Source of the DNA: Promethearchaeota archaeon
GTDB taxonomy: Archaea; Asgardarchaeota; Lokiarchaeia; Sigyniarchaeales; SOKP01
Length of the DNA stretch: 64,000 nucleotides
Assembly: GCA_019058365.1 (NCBI GenBank)
Contig: JAHPZE010000003.1
Span: 64,001-128,000, forward strand
Direction: 5' to 3'
Position 1 is the first letter of the stretch. Each line of letters opens with the position of its first letter. The notes under the pieces are model-generated. The model saw only the letters and a program-made list of their open reading frames with translations, was not told the origin of the DNA and did not search any database. Positions 40,621-50,717 of this stretch are shown in pieces. The translations under genes were made by a program, and so were the position numbers.

Positions 40621-41595
40621 TTAAGGTAATTCTTGTAAAAAGCTACAATAAGTGCAAATTTTCCCACTTCCACATGGATAACCACATATTTGACATGAAT
40701 TGTATTCTTTTTTTTCTCTGTGATAATAAAGTGTTTCTGATAATTCTAAAAAACCGCTTAGCAAATTAAATTCTATTTCCGGACTATATTTTTTGCATTC
40801 TTGAATAAAATCTAATACTCTTTTTCTTATGATTGGGTCTTTTTCTCTATAAGGGCAATGAGAGGGGTAATAACTGAATTTTTTAATATTTGAATATAAA
40901 AAGATTTCTTCTTCAGGGATTCTTATTAAAGGTGTAATTTTCTTAATAAAATAGTGATTTATCTTATTATACTCTTTCTTAAATAAATATTGATTTGCGA
41001 TTATATCCAAACGTTTATAGAGAATATTCATAAGATAAGTTTCTGCGAAATCAGTAAGGTTATGTCCCATCGCTAAGACAGTACCGCCTAATTCTTTAGC
41101 ACCATCATTCAGTAACCTTCTTCTCCCTGTTGCACAATAATTACAAGCATATTTGTAATCTGAAGATTCTTTTTTTAACTTAATGATCTCATCTAAAGTA
41201 TATCCAATTTTTTCTTTAAAGGAAATAATCTTATGTTCAATATCATGTTCCTTGCAAAATTCTCTTGCTTTTTTAATACTATGTTCTCTATATTCCTTAA
41301 TTCCTTCATCAATTGTTAAGGCTATAATTGATTTAGATTGATGTGTTCTATTTTGAATGTTATTCAAATTATATAGAAGCGAAATTGAATCTTTCCCTCC
41401 TGATAAAGCAACTACAATTCTATCTTCGGGGTCTAGCATTTGATATTTAGAAATTGTTTTATAAATTATTTTCTCAATATTTTTTTGAAAGCATTCTGGA
41501 CAAAGATTTTCTCCAGAGTATTTTCTTTGTATTATAACAGTATTACTGCAGTGTGAACATTTCCCCTTTCTCAAAAAAATATTATAATTACTCAT
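40621..41595 (-). CDS. tRNA 2-thiolation protein (TtuA/Ncs6 family)
   Basis: PP-loop SGGKDS, CNYC, GHN.TD, and terminal zinc fingers. Confidence 0.88.
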   Translation of the reverse strand: MSNYNIFLRKGKCSHCSNTVIIQRKYSGENLCPECFQKNIEKIIYKTISKYQMLDPEDRIVVALSGGKDSISLLYNLNNIQNRTHQSKSIIALTIDEGIKEYREHSIKKAREFCKEHDIEHKIISFKEKIGYTLDEIIKLKKESSDYKYACNYCATGRRRLLNDGAKELGGTVLAMGHNLTDFAETYLMNILYKRLDIIANQYLFKKEYNKINHYFIKKITPLIRIPEEEIFLYSNIKKFSYYPSHCPYREKDPIIRKRVLDFIQECKKYSPEIEFNLLSGFLELSETLYYHREKKEYNSCQICGYPCGSGKICTYCSFLQELP

Positions 41596-41625
41596 TAAAG
41601 TTATATAAAAAAAGATAGTTAAAAA

Positions 41626-43440
41626 TTAAATCCAAAATAGAAGTCCACCGAATCTAGTAAAAGATAAGATAAAATTACCAACAATGATAAACAATGTAAT
41701 TACTCGTATAATATTTAGAAGTGTTTTTTTGATTTTTCGTTTTTCATCATGCCAATATTCATAAGAGATCTCAATAAGTGAACCATCTTCTAATTTTGTT
41801 TGTTCAGGAAGGTTTAAAGAAACAGTATCTTTAAATCCATCACCAATTTTATCGATTAAACTATATTTTTCTTCAGCTAAAATTATTTCGCTCTGTTTTC
41901 TAGCATCGATTTGATTCTCTATTACAATTTTGACAGAATCTATTTTTTCTACTCTATATTCTGATAAATTGAGATCTTTCTCATCTTTTTTAAATTTGAC
42001 TTTATCAGTTTTTTTCTTAGTAGTTTTGAAATCTTCTCCAAAACCCCAATTAATTAATTCTTTAACCATTCTATCACCATCGAATACTGGCAAAGGAAGC
42101 ATATTAAAGAGAGTTATGCTGAACGCAATAATGAATAACCATGCTATTTCCCTATACCAAAATTCTGGCCAAAAAGATGTGAAGAATTTTGCGAAATCAT
42201 TTTTATACATAAAGTATGAAATACTATAAATGCCAATTTTTACCCCTATTTTCTCAACATCTAGGATATACGTATCAGAAGCAGTACTAAGATTAATAGT
42301 GTTTAGATTAAATTCCGTTAATGCTTGCTCTAATGTATCTCCGCTAGTTCGATTTATTGAAATATTATTTATCTTGGTAATAGTTAATCCAACAGTTAAA
42401 TTTTTATTATAGTTATTCCCTCCTTCACTTGCTGAATATATCTTAGTTATTTGCAATTCAGTGTTTGAGATATAATCATAAAGGATTCCTATATTGTATC
42501 GAGGTCCTAACGTTATATTTTTCTCTGAATAACTATCTGCAGAGGGACTATAAATTCTGAATGTTAAATTATCCCCTATAGAACATTGTAAGCTAGTTTT
42601 ATTGTTTAATATATTATTAAGAGTTCTTCCCGCATAGTTATCAAGATAGATATATTGATTGTCTTCAGTCCCCTTCTTTTTAATAGCTAAAATTACATCA
42701 CCATTTGCTATATTTCCAAAATTAAATCCTCCATCTGCTTCTGTTACTACACTGTTCACTTGAGCGACTTGAGAATAAAAGGGAGTGATGATAAGTGGAA
42801 AACTTAATAATAGTAAGAATGCAACTCCAGCTGTCATTCCATTTACATATGTCCCCGCAGCTGCAATTCGTAACCTTGTATTTCTATGAAATTTTCTAGA
42901 ACTTAATGCTCTCTCATCAACTTCAACAAAAGCACCAAAACCTATAATAAAAAAAATCCCTGCTCCGAGAATACCAGTAGATTTTATATCCACTCCATCA
43001 GCGCCAGCTGAAATCCCATGAGCAAATTCATGTGTAGTTAAAATAAATAATAATGGAAGGATTAAATACATCATGACGGGTAAGTTGATAGTCACACCTG
43101 GAATAAGAGGAACTATCGCTTGTTCAACCCTAGGATTAAAAATCAGGTTAACAAAGTTTGTAAAGAAGAAATATAGAGCATATATTGTAAAGCTAAATGA
43201 TACAAATATGCCTATGGTCCAAAAAATTTTCCAGAATTTGGGAGCTTTTTTTGATATTTTCGCTATGAAATTATTTAATTTTCTCGTTCTAAACATTGCT
43301 AGCATTGGAAACCAGAGATAATATGCCTCCTTTTTATTTCTTAAAACACGAATTAAAAGTAAAACTACAACCCAAAATATTAAAGATAAAATGAACCATG
43401 GATTTAAAATAAAATCTAATATAATATCAAGTACAGACAT
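41626..43440 (-). CDS. Site-2 protease (M50) with PDZ-like inserts
   Basis: HEFAH, GAFVE, AAG, FNMLPLPVFDGD. Confidence 0.92.
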   Translation of the reverse strand: MSVLDIILDFILNPWFILSLIFWVVVLLLIRVLRNKKEAYYLWFPMLAMFRTRKLNNFIAKISKKAPKFWKIFWTIGIFVSFSFTIYALYFFFTNFVNLIFNPRVEQAIVPLIPGVTINLPVMMYLILPLLFILTTHEFAHGISAGADGVDIKSTGILGAGIFFIIGFGAFVEVDERALSSRKFHRNTRLRIAAAGTYVNGMTAGVAFLLLLSFPLIITPFYSQVAQVNSVVTEADGGFNFGNIANGDVILAIKKKGTEDNQYIYLDNYAGRTLNNILNNKTSLQCSIGDNLTFRIYSPSADSYSEKNITLGPRYNIGILYDYISNTELQITKIYSASEGGNNYNKNLTVGLTITKINNISINRTSGDTLEQALTEFNLNTINLSTASDTYILDVEKIGVKIGIYSISYFMYKNDFAKFFTSFWPEFWYREIAWLFIIAFSITLFNMLPLPVFDGDRMVKELINWGFGEDFKTTKKKTDKVKFKKDEKDLNLSEYRVEKIDSVKIVIENQIDARKQSEIILAEEKYSLIDKIGDGFKDTVSLNLPEQTKLEDGSLIEISYEYWHDEKRKIKKTLLNIIRVITLFIIVGNFILSFTRFGGLLFWI

Positions 43441-43636
43441 AAGCTTCCATTATACCATTTTCTTTTTATTATCTAATTTACATAATAAATTAAAGTTATT
43501 GGTTATAATATTGATATTTTGACATTAGAGGTATAAATAGCCTTATAAAATAGAAAAAGATTAAATTATTAGTTTATAATGTTATATATATAATTATTTT
43601 ATATTGCATAGGAATCAAACCCATAGATACTTTCAT

Positions 43637-43744
43637 AGCGGGGTGGGCTAGCCTGGTTTATGCCGCAGGGCTCATAAGTTGCAGAAATTATTTCCATCTC
43701 ATTGGGAAACCCTGAGATCGTTCGTTCAAATCGAACCCCCGCTA
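43637..43744 (+). tRNA. Initiator tRNA-Met(CAT) with a 32-nt intron (43677-43708) at 37/38
   Basis: A1:U72 pair, GGG/CCC anticodon stem, CAT anticodon, BHB helix CTCA/TGGG. Confidence 0.92.
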
Positions 43745-43894
43745 CTATTTTCTATATATTTTTCTAGGGTGTTAGTAATTAACCTATACAAATATTTTAA
43801 GAAAAAGTGCCCTTAAATATTCTTAGCTTAATAATTACTTCTATATTAAAAAAAGATTTATTTTTAAAATATTAAAATAGGAGAAAGGTTTGAG

Positions 43895-44641
43895 ATGAAT
43901 GAAATAATAAAGTTCAAGAGAAATCCTGCAGTTCAATGCTGGATAAAACATCTTTTAGAGGGGCAATATGATGAAACCGAGAAATTCTTCTATACAATTT
44001 TTGGGCATGTTAAACGTATTCGTATAATTGCCACAATTATTGAAAAAAGAGAGAATTTAATAGAATTAAATGAAGCAGACATGGGAATAGAAGAGAAAAT
44101 GGATTCAAATACAAGATTTGATTTTGATTTAGATGATAGCACGGGAATGATCAGGGCAATTATTAGGAATGTAAATCCAGACAAGTTCACAACTTTTAAT
44201 AAAGGTGATATTGTGGAAGTGTCGGGCCGCGTAAGTAAATTTAAAGATTTTATATCTTTATGGATAGAAATTCTAAGAAAAGTGGAAGAACCTAATCTTA
44301 TTTTGCTAAGAAATGCTGAAATAATTAATAGAATAACGCATGGAGAAATTCAAGAGATACCAGAATTTTCTAATGTAAGCGATAATATTGAAGAGTTTTC
44401 AGATGAATTAGATGTTACGACCTTATTTGAAAGTGAAAATGATTCTGGTAAGCACGACGCGATAAAGGAAAAAATTTATTTAAAAGTTGAAGAGTATTCT
44501 ACAAGAGGAAATGGAATAAATTTTGAAAAATTACAGCAAGAAGTTGGAATTCCTGATAGTGATTTGAGAATCTATCTTAATGACTTAATTTTAGAATCAC
44601 GTATTTACGAATCTGACAATGATAATTTTGAAGCATTTTAA
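43895..44641 (+). CDS. RPA32-like OB-fold plus winged-helix protein
   Basis: RIRIIATI...LDDSTGMIRA...GDIVEVSGRV OB fold; acidic linker; C-terminal wHTH. Confidence 0.75.
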   Translation: MNEIIKFKRNPAVQCWIKHLLEGQYDETEKFFYTIFGHVKRIRIIATIIEKRENLIELNEADMGIEEKMDSNTRFDFDLDDSTGMIRAIIRNVNPDKFTTFNKGDIVEVSGRVSKFKDFISLWIEILRKVEEPNLILLRNAEIINRITHGEIQEIPEFSNVSDNIEEFSDELDVTTLFESENDSGKHDAIKEKIYLKVEEYSTRGNGINFEKLQQEVGIPDSDLRIYLNDLILESRIYESDNDNFEAF

Positions 44642-44742
44642 TTTAAACCTCTACATCTAATTTTTTCACTTATAATGGAAAATTATTTTTCTTATGGTTG
44701 ATTTCATAATATATATTAACTATTTAAATTAAGAATAGAATT

Positions 44743-45156
44743 ATGGATATAAATAACTACAACGAATTATTAGATAAGGCTTATGAAAAGATACCAGAAA
44801 ATGTGAAAAGATCCTCAAGATTTGAAATACCAAAAGTTGAACTTCGTATTGAAAGTAGGAATACATTTATTATCAATTTTAACAAAATAATTTATACTCT
44901 CAATAGAGATAAGAAACATTTTACTGGGATATTTTTAAAAAAAGCAGGGACGATGGGGGAGATTAGGGGACAACAATTATTTTTAAAAGGGCAATATAAG
45001 GAACAAGTACTAAATAAATTGATCGAAAATTATACGAAAACCTACGTTTTATGTAGCATTTGCAATAAACCAGATACTCAAATTCAAAGAGAAGGTAAAA
45101 AACTTTATCTAAAATGTACTGCTTGTGGAGCAAGAGAAGAAATTAAAGAAAAATAA
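44743..45156 (+). CDS. eif2b: Translation initiation factor aIF2 beta
   Basis: RFEIP, YVLCSICNKPDT, CTACGA. Confidence 0.93.
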   Translation: MDINNYNELLDKAYEKIPENVKRSSRFEIPKVELRIESRNTFIINFNKIIYTLNRDKKHFTGIFLKKAGTMGEIRGQQLFLKGQYKEQVLNKLIENYTKTYVLCSICNKPDTQIQREGKKLYLKCTACGAREEIKEK

Positions 45157-45180
45157 GGTAAAGATTGAAATTGCAAAATT

Positions 45181-45478
45181 AATGATGGTATATCTAAAAG
45201 TTCATATTAGGGACGATTTTGAAACAATAGCATGTTGTGATGAAGAACTACTTAATCAAGTTTTTAAAGAAGGAAATTTAAGAATTGAAATTTCTAACCA
45301 ATTTTTTGGGGGTAGACTAATAAATCTCGAAGAAGCAATTTCTATTTTGAAAAGTGCATCATTTTTCAATATAGTAGGAGAAAAGATAATTAATAAAGCG
45401 ATTGATTGTAAGATTCTTCCTAAAGAAGGAGTTAGATTTATTAATGGAGTGCCTATGGCTTTAAAGATGATGTTTTAA
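45181..45478 (+). CDS. DUF424 family protein (start uncertain)
   Basis: IACCDEELL, FFGG, NIVG motifs. Confidence 0.8.
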
Positions 45479-46392
45479 TGCCTAATCGATTTTGTGCGAT
45501 ATGTGGAAAAAAATTAGTGCAAGATGATCCACATTTTGGAATGTGTCTCAAGTGTTTTTTAAAAGAACATCCATTATTTAAATTACCAGATCGTTTATCA
45601 ATTAATATCTGTCTTGATTGTGGGAGTTATTCGAAAAAGGATATATGGATTGAACCCTTAGATAACGAGTTATTTTCAATTATCAAAGAAGCGGTTCAAA
45701 AATTCCTATTAAAATCGTTTTTAAAAAAAAATAATATTGATTTTTCATTCGCTGTAAATGAAAATAGTTTTATTTTTTCATCGAAAGATTTATTAGTTTC
45801 ACTTGAAGTTGAAATTATCGGTGTTTTAAAAGAGGATTCAAATATAAAACACAAGCAAATAATATCAATAAATCTAAATCATATACTATGTAAAAATTGT
45901 TCTAATTTAAGAGGGGGAACTTACTTTATAGCAATTATTCAATTAAGAGTCAAAGATGAAGAACAATTTGGTTTAATAAAGGAAGTTTTAGACGAAGTAA
46001 ACGACTATGTAGAGAACCTTTTTGAAAAAAACCATAAACAATATATCTCAAAAATAGAAAATCAAAAATTTGGGGTAGATTTATATCTTAGTACAAATGA
46101 ATTAATGAATTACCTTATCAAGTTCTTAAAGTCAAAATATTTCTTTCTATTAAAAAGAACAAAAAAGTTAGTGGGAAGGGATACACAAAAAGGGAGAAAC
46201 CTTTATAGATTAAAAGCGTTAATAAAATTTTTACCGGTGAAGATCAAGGACATAGTTTTTATTGGAGATCAAAATTTTTCTGTAGAAAACATTACCAAAA
46301 ACAAAGTTATTCTCAGAGGTGAAAATGCCACTAAGTTGATAAAAGACTATACTTATTTCTTTAATGAAAAAATAATTAAAAAAAACCTATAG
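45478..46392 (+). CDS. nmd3: NMD3 family ribosome-maturation protein
   Basis: FCAICG, CLKC, CLDCG, CKNC, AIIQLR, KLVGRD. Confidence 0.88.
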   Translation: MPNRFCAICGKKLVQDDPHFGMCLKCFLKEHPLFKLPDRLSINICLDCGSYSKKDIWIEPLDNELFSIIKEAVQKFLLKSFLKKNNIDFSFAVNENSFIFSSKDLLVSLEVEIIGVLKEDSNIKHKQIISINLNHILCKNCSNLRGGTYFIAIIQLRVKDEEQFGLIKEVLDEVNDYVENLFEKNHKQYISKIENQKFGVDLYLSTNELMNYLIKFLKSKYFFLLKRTKKLVGRDTQKGRNLYRLKALIKFLPVKIKDIVFIGDQNFSVENITKNKVILRGENATKLIKDYTYFFNEKIIKKNL

Positions 46393-47252
46393 TGGAAAAG
46401 CTTTTGGAAGAAAATAACAAGATTGCTGACGAAGAGTCTGAAGAATTGATAGAAAGTGAGAAAGATAAAAAGTTTGATTTGATAATAGATGAGTTACAAA
46501 AAAGAAAAATCGATATTAAACGAATAAAGAAGATAGATCAATCAAAAAAAAGAGCAACAATAGATTCGGTTTTTGATGAAAGAACTATTTTTACTTTGAA
46601 TAAATTATTAGTAAATGGCCCATTAGAAAGAATAGAAGGCACAATTTCAGCGGGAAAAGAAGCAAATGTGTATCTAGCATATGATTTAACTGGAAAAGAG
46701 GTCGCTATCAAAATCTATAAGATTGATAGTAATACTTCAAAATGGATGAGAAATTATATCATTGGTGATCCTAGATTCAAGAAGATCCCTCGTAATATTT
46801 CAAAGATTATATATTTATGGGCGAGTAAAGAATATAAAAATCTTAAACGAGCATATAAAGTAGGTTTAAGTGTTCCAAATCCTATATTTATTAAAAATAA
46901 TATCTTGATCATGGAATACATAGGATTTGAATCTATTCCTGCTCCAATTTTAAAAGATATTAAAACCCCTAAAAATATTTTTAACCTAATGAATGAGGTA
47001 TTAACATTTATAAAAGAATTATATCAAAAGGCTAATTTAGTTCATGGAGATCTTAGTGAATTTAATATCTTATATCATAATCAAAAACCCGTTGTAATTG
47101 ATATGTCTCAAGCTGTATCTATTTATCATCCAAAAGCAGAAGTATATTTAGCAAGAGATATAAGTAATATTTTTAAATATTTTGAGAAATTAGGAACAAA
47201 CACACCTAATCCTAAAGATTTTTATTATGAGGTTATAGATATAAATATATGA
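46392..47252 (+). CDS. rio1: RIO1 family kinase
   Basis: ISAGKEANVY, AIKIY, YIIGDPRF, WASKEYKNL, LVHGDLSEFNIL, IDMSQ. Confidence 0.95.
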   Translation: MEKLLEENNKIADEESEELIESEKDKKFDLIIDELQKRKIDIKRIKKIDQSKKRATIDSVFDERTIFTLNKLLVNGPLERIEGTISAGKEANVYLAYDLTGKEVAIKIYKIDSNTSKWMRNYIIGDPRFKKIPRNISKIIYLWASKEYKNLKRAYKVGLSVPNPIFIKNNILIMEYIGFESIPAPILKDIKTPKNIFNLMNEVLTFIKELYQKANLVHGDLSEFNILYHNQKPVVIDMSQAVSIYHPKAEVYLARDISNIFKYFEKLGTNTPNPKDFYYEVIDINI

Positions 47253-47295
47253 GAAATTGATAGAAACGAAAAATTATTAATAATGAAATTATGCC

Positions 47296-47853
47296 ATGAA
47301 AATTGGAAAAAATCGTATTGCTGTCCTGATTGGTAAAGATGGTAAAACAAAAATAGAGATTGAAGAGAAGTTAGGAGTTAAAATTAATTTAGATAGTAAA
47401 TTGGGAAATTGTGAGATTTTACCTCAACCAAAAAATCCAAATTATATGCCTTTAAATGTGTTTACAGCCCAGAAAGTTGTTAATGCAATCAATAGAGGTT
47501 TTAATCCAACCAAAGCTATGAAATTATTAGAAGAGAATTTTGACCTTGAGATCTTTAATTTATTGAAAATCATCGGAAAATCTGACAAAAGAATTACACG
47601 TGTAAAGGGAAGAGTAATCGGGAGAAATGGGGAAATGCGAAGGGGACTTGAAAAATTTGCTGAAAGCTTTATCTCTGTTTATGGAAAAACAATTTCTATT
47701 ATTGCAGATTATGATAATTTACAAATTGCTAGAAAAGCAGTAAGTATGTTAATTAATGGAATGCCTCATCATGTTGTTTTAAAATTTTTAGAAGATAAAT
47801 ACAATTTAAAGAAAAAAGAACAATTTAAACAGATGTATAAGCCTGAATTTTAA
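47296..47853 (+). CDS. Dim2/Pno1-like KH-domain RNA-processing protein
   Basis: RIAVLIGKDG, AINRGF, RVKGRVIGRNG. Confidence 0.9.
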   Translation: MKIGKNRIAVLIGKDGKTKIEIEEKLGVKINLDSKLGNCEILPQPKNPNYMPLNVFTAQKVVNAINRGFNPTKAMKLLEENFDLEIFNLLKIIGKSDKRITRVKGRVIGRNGEMRRGLEKFAESFISVYGKTISIIADYDNLQIARKAVSMLINGMPHHVVLKFLEDKYNLKKKEQFKQMYKPEF

Positions 47854-47856
47854 TGA

Positions 47857-48225
47857 TTACTTTAAAAGTGAATTATGATAAATTTTTGAGGCATTTTTCA
47901 CTAAATCCTTTCCATATATAACAGCATTTAATTCCTCTAACAAGGTATTTATATTTGAAATATTGTTAATGAAATATAATTCCTTAAATTCTTCCTTGTT
48001 AAAATTTTTGAGATGAACTTCGAAACTTTTAATTGAATACGTATTTGTACAATAAGATTTAAATATTGTAATGTAACGAGGAAAAATATTTCTCTCTCTT
48101 AAAAAGATCGCCCAACCATCAAAATAAAATTCGATACTAATATCAAAATAATTTTTCCATTTCTCAATTTTAGCTATAATTTCATTTATTTCTGTTTGAA
48201 TATCTGGTGAAAATTTATCATTCAT
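47857..48225 (-). CDS. Hypothetical protein (start likely at MNDKF)
   Basis: ORF only; start approximate. Confidence 0.55.
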   Translation of the reverse strand: MNDKFSPDIQTEINEIIAKIEKWKNYFDISIEFYFDGWAIFLRERNIFPRYITIFKSYCTNTYSIKSFEVHLKNFNKEEFKELYFINNISNINTLLEELNAVIYGKDLVKNASKIYHNSLLK

Positions 48226-48272
48226 ATAGCAATGTCTAAAAAGGATTATAAAAAGGGGGATCAAAAAATTTC

Positions 48273-49391
48273 TTAATCAAAAGCAATTTCGCCTATGTTA
48301 AAAATATCGTCAGATAATCCTAGTTTTGAAGTCTTTTTAATGTTGGAATTATATGTAGCATTATTAACAGAATAACCGCTACCAAAAATCTGAGGAGACT
48401 TAATACCTGTTATTAAGAGCATAACTCTTAAAAGTCCATCATATTCATCTGAAACTCGAGCACCCCAAATTACCATTGAATCATTTACATCCATTTTTTC
48501 TGATATCTTCTTAGCTACTGAATTAGCCTCTGCTAATGTCATATCATTTCCTCCACAGATATGAATTAGAGCACCTTTAGCACCATCAATACTAACGTCT
48601 AATAAAGGAGTATTAAGTGCATCGTTAATAGCATCTTCAACTCGATGATCCTTCCCACTAGATTCACCAACACCTACAATAGCAACTCCTCCAGTGCTTA
48701 AAATAGTTCTTACATCAGCAAAATCCAAATTAATTAAAGATGGCAAAGAGATTGTTTCTGTTATACCTTTAACCATAGTAGCTAAAACTTCATCTGCCAC
48801 GCTGAAAGCTTCTATAATAGGTAGATTAGGAGCTATTTCTAGTAATCGATTGTTATCGATTACTACTAATGTGTCGACATAACGTTTCAATAGATTTAAA
48901 CCCATTTTTGCTTTATCAATCCGGCCTATTTCAGTATTAAAAGGTAATGTTACTACTCCAACTACAATTGCACCCTCCAATTTTGCGATTTCTGCAATAA
49001 TAGGAGCACTTCCAGTCCCTGTTCCTCCACCTTCTCCACATGTAATAAAAACTAAATTTGATTCTCTTAAAATTTTAGTTAGATCTTCACGAGATTCTTC
49101 AGCTGCGGCTCTACCTATCTCAGGGTTTCCTCCAGCACCAAGTCCTTTCGTTAAATTCTTCCCAATCAATATTTTTATATGAGATTCAATACTATCTAAA
49201 TGTTGGCAATCTGTATTTACACCTACACATTTAGCACCCCTTATACCTATTTTCATTAATCTATTAATTGTATTATTACCAGCTCCACCACATCCAATGA
49301 TTTTTATATTAGCATACCCAAAGTTCTCAATCTGAGGTCGAATTATTTCTCTTTCACGCGCGTTTTTTATGAATGATTCCATATTTATCAA
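48273..49391 (-). CDS. ftsZ: Cell division protein FtsZ
   Basis: GCGGAGNN, GLGAGGNP, GGGTGTG, NLDFAD. Confidence 0.96.
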   Translation of the reverse strand: MINMESFIKNAREREIIRPQIENFGYANIKIIGCGGAGNNTINRLMKIGIRGAKCVGVNTDCQHLDSIESHIKILIGKNLTKGLGAGGNPEIGRAAAEESREDLTKILRESNLVFITCGEGGGTGTGSAPIIAEIAKLEGAIVVGVVTLPFNTEIGRIDKAKMGLNLLKRYVDTLVVIDNNRLLEIAPNLPIIEAFSVADEVLATMVKGITETISLPSLINLDFADVRTILSTGGVAIVGVGESSGKDHRVEDAINDALNTPLLDVSIDGAKGALIHICGGNDMTLAEANSVAKKISEKMDVNDSMVIWGARVSDEYDGLLRVMLLITGIKSPQIFGSGYSVNNATYNSNIKKTSKLGLSDDIFNIGEIAFD

Positions 49392-49489
49392 ATTTTAATT
49401 TAATTTGTACAAAGAATTAATATGAAAAAATTAGAATTAATGTGATATCAGAATATTACATAATCAAACTGTTTAGAATTAAACATGAT

Positions 49490-50710
49490 TCAATTTAATG
49501 AAATATCTTTATCAAATTCAGAATCAAAAATTTGTCTAATATTAGTATCATTAATAAGAAGGATTTTTGGCAATGAATATGGAAATCTATTTGAAAATGT
49601 AAGACAATAAGCGCCTGTATTAGTAACAAGAACTTTTTCCCCTTGTAACAAATTTTCTGTAAAAAAGTAGTCTTTTGCTAATATGTCTTGATCCGTAGGA
49701 ATAATACCTGCAATTGATGTTTTATATTTATGTGGTTCATTAATCTGAGAGGCATTATAAAACCTTAAAGAACACCGTGCAAATTTTGGGCAAATGTGAT
49801 TACCTAAATTTAAAATTACCCATCTATCTTCACAAACTTTTACAATTTTTGAAATAAATAAACCAGCGTCTCCTATAAAATACCTTCCTGGTTCGAAATA
49901 AATATTTCTGTAATTCACTTCAAATTCCCTTAAAGCCCTTTTAATCTCCTTAGCGATATGTTTCAATTGATCTTGGGGCATAACAGTAGCTTCTGGAAAC
50001 CCACCTCCAAGATTTATATCTTTAATAACTATACCATGATCTGATAAAAATGTTAAGTTAGATGCTACAGCCCTAATATTTTTTCTAAATTGCCTAAAAT
50101 CATTCATTTGAGTACTAAAATGAGACAGAATGGATGTTATTTTTATATTTTGATAATCTTTAATTATGTTTTTGAATAGAGCTAATTTTCTTTCATTAAA
50201 TTTTATACCTAATTTACTAGCATATTTCTGTGAATTAACTCGAATACAAATAGATTGAATAATATCAAATTTCTTAGCGATAGAATTAATTTTTTTCAAA
50301 ACATCCAAATCATAAATTATTATTTCTTTTACATGGTTTTTGATACTTAATTCTATCAGTTCTTTTGATAAATAAGGCCCTCCAATAATGATCTTATTAG
50401 AAGAAAATCCAAGCTTAAGGGCTAACTTCAATTCCGGTAATCCTACAATTTCTGCCCCAATTCCCTCTGAAAGGACAATTTTGCAAATTTCTGAGAGAAA
50501 ATTAGCTTTGAATGAATAAAAACATTGGAAATTTTCAAATTCAGAGCTAAAAACATTAATAAAACTTTTTATATTTTCTCTAATTCTATTTTCCAAGAAT
50601 ATTAGCAATGGTGTTTTAAATCGCTTAACAATTTCATTAAAAGCCACTGAATCAATAAAAATACCATCATTACCATTAGTTAAAAATGGATTTCCGGAAA
50701 TATTTTTCAT
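49490..50710 (-). CDS. PLP-dependent fold III decarboxylase (LysA/ODC-like, divergent)
   Basis: YSFKAN, INLGGGF, FEPGR, GAY. Confidence 0.8.
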   Translation of the reverse strand: MKNISGNPFLTNGNDGIFIDSVAFNEIVKRFKTPLLIFLENRIRENIKSFINVFSSEFENFQCFYSFKANFLSEICKIVLSEGIGAEIVGLPELKLALKLGFSSNKIIIGGPYLSKELIELSIKNHVKEIIIYDLDVLKKINSIAKKFDIIQSICIRVNSQKYASKLGIKFNERKLALFKNIIKDYQNIKITSILSHFSTQMNDFRQFRKNIRAVASNLTFLSDHGIVIKDINLGGGFPEATVMPQDQLKHIAKEIKRALREFEVNYRNIYFEPGRYFIGDAGLFISKIVKVCEDRWVILNLGNHICPKFARCSLRFYNASQINEPHKYKTSIAGIIPTDQDILAKDYFFTENLLQGEKVLVTNTGAYCLTFSNRFPYSLPKILLINDTNIRQIFDSEFDKDISLN

Positions 50711-50717
50711 AATCTAA

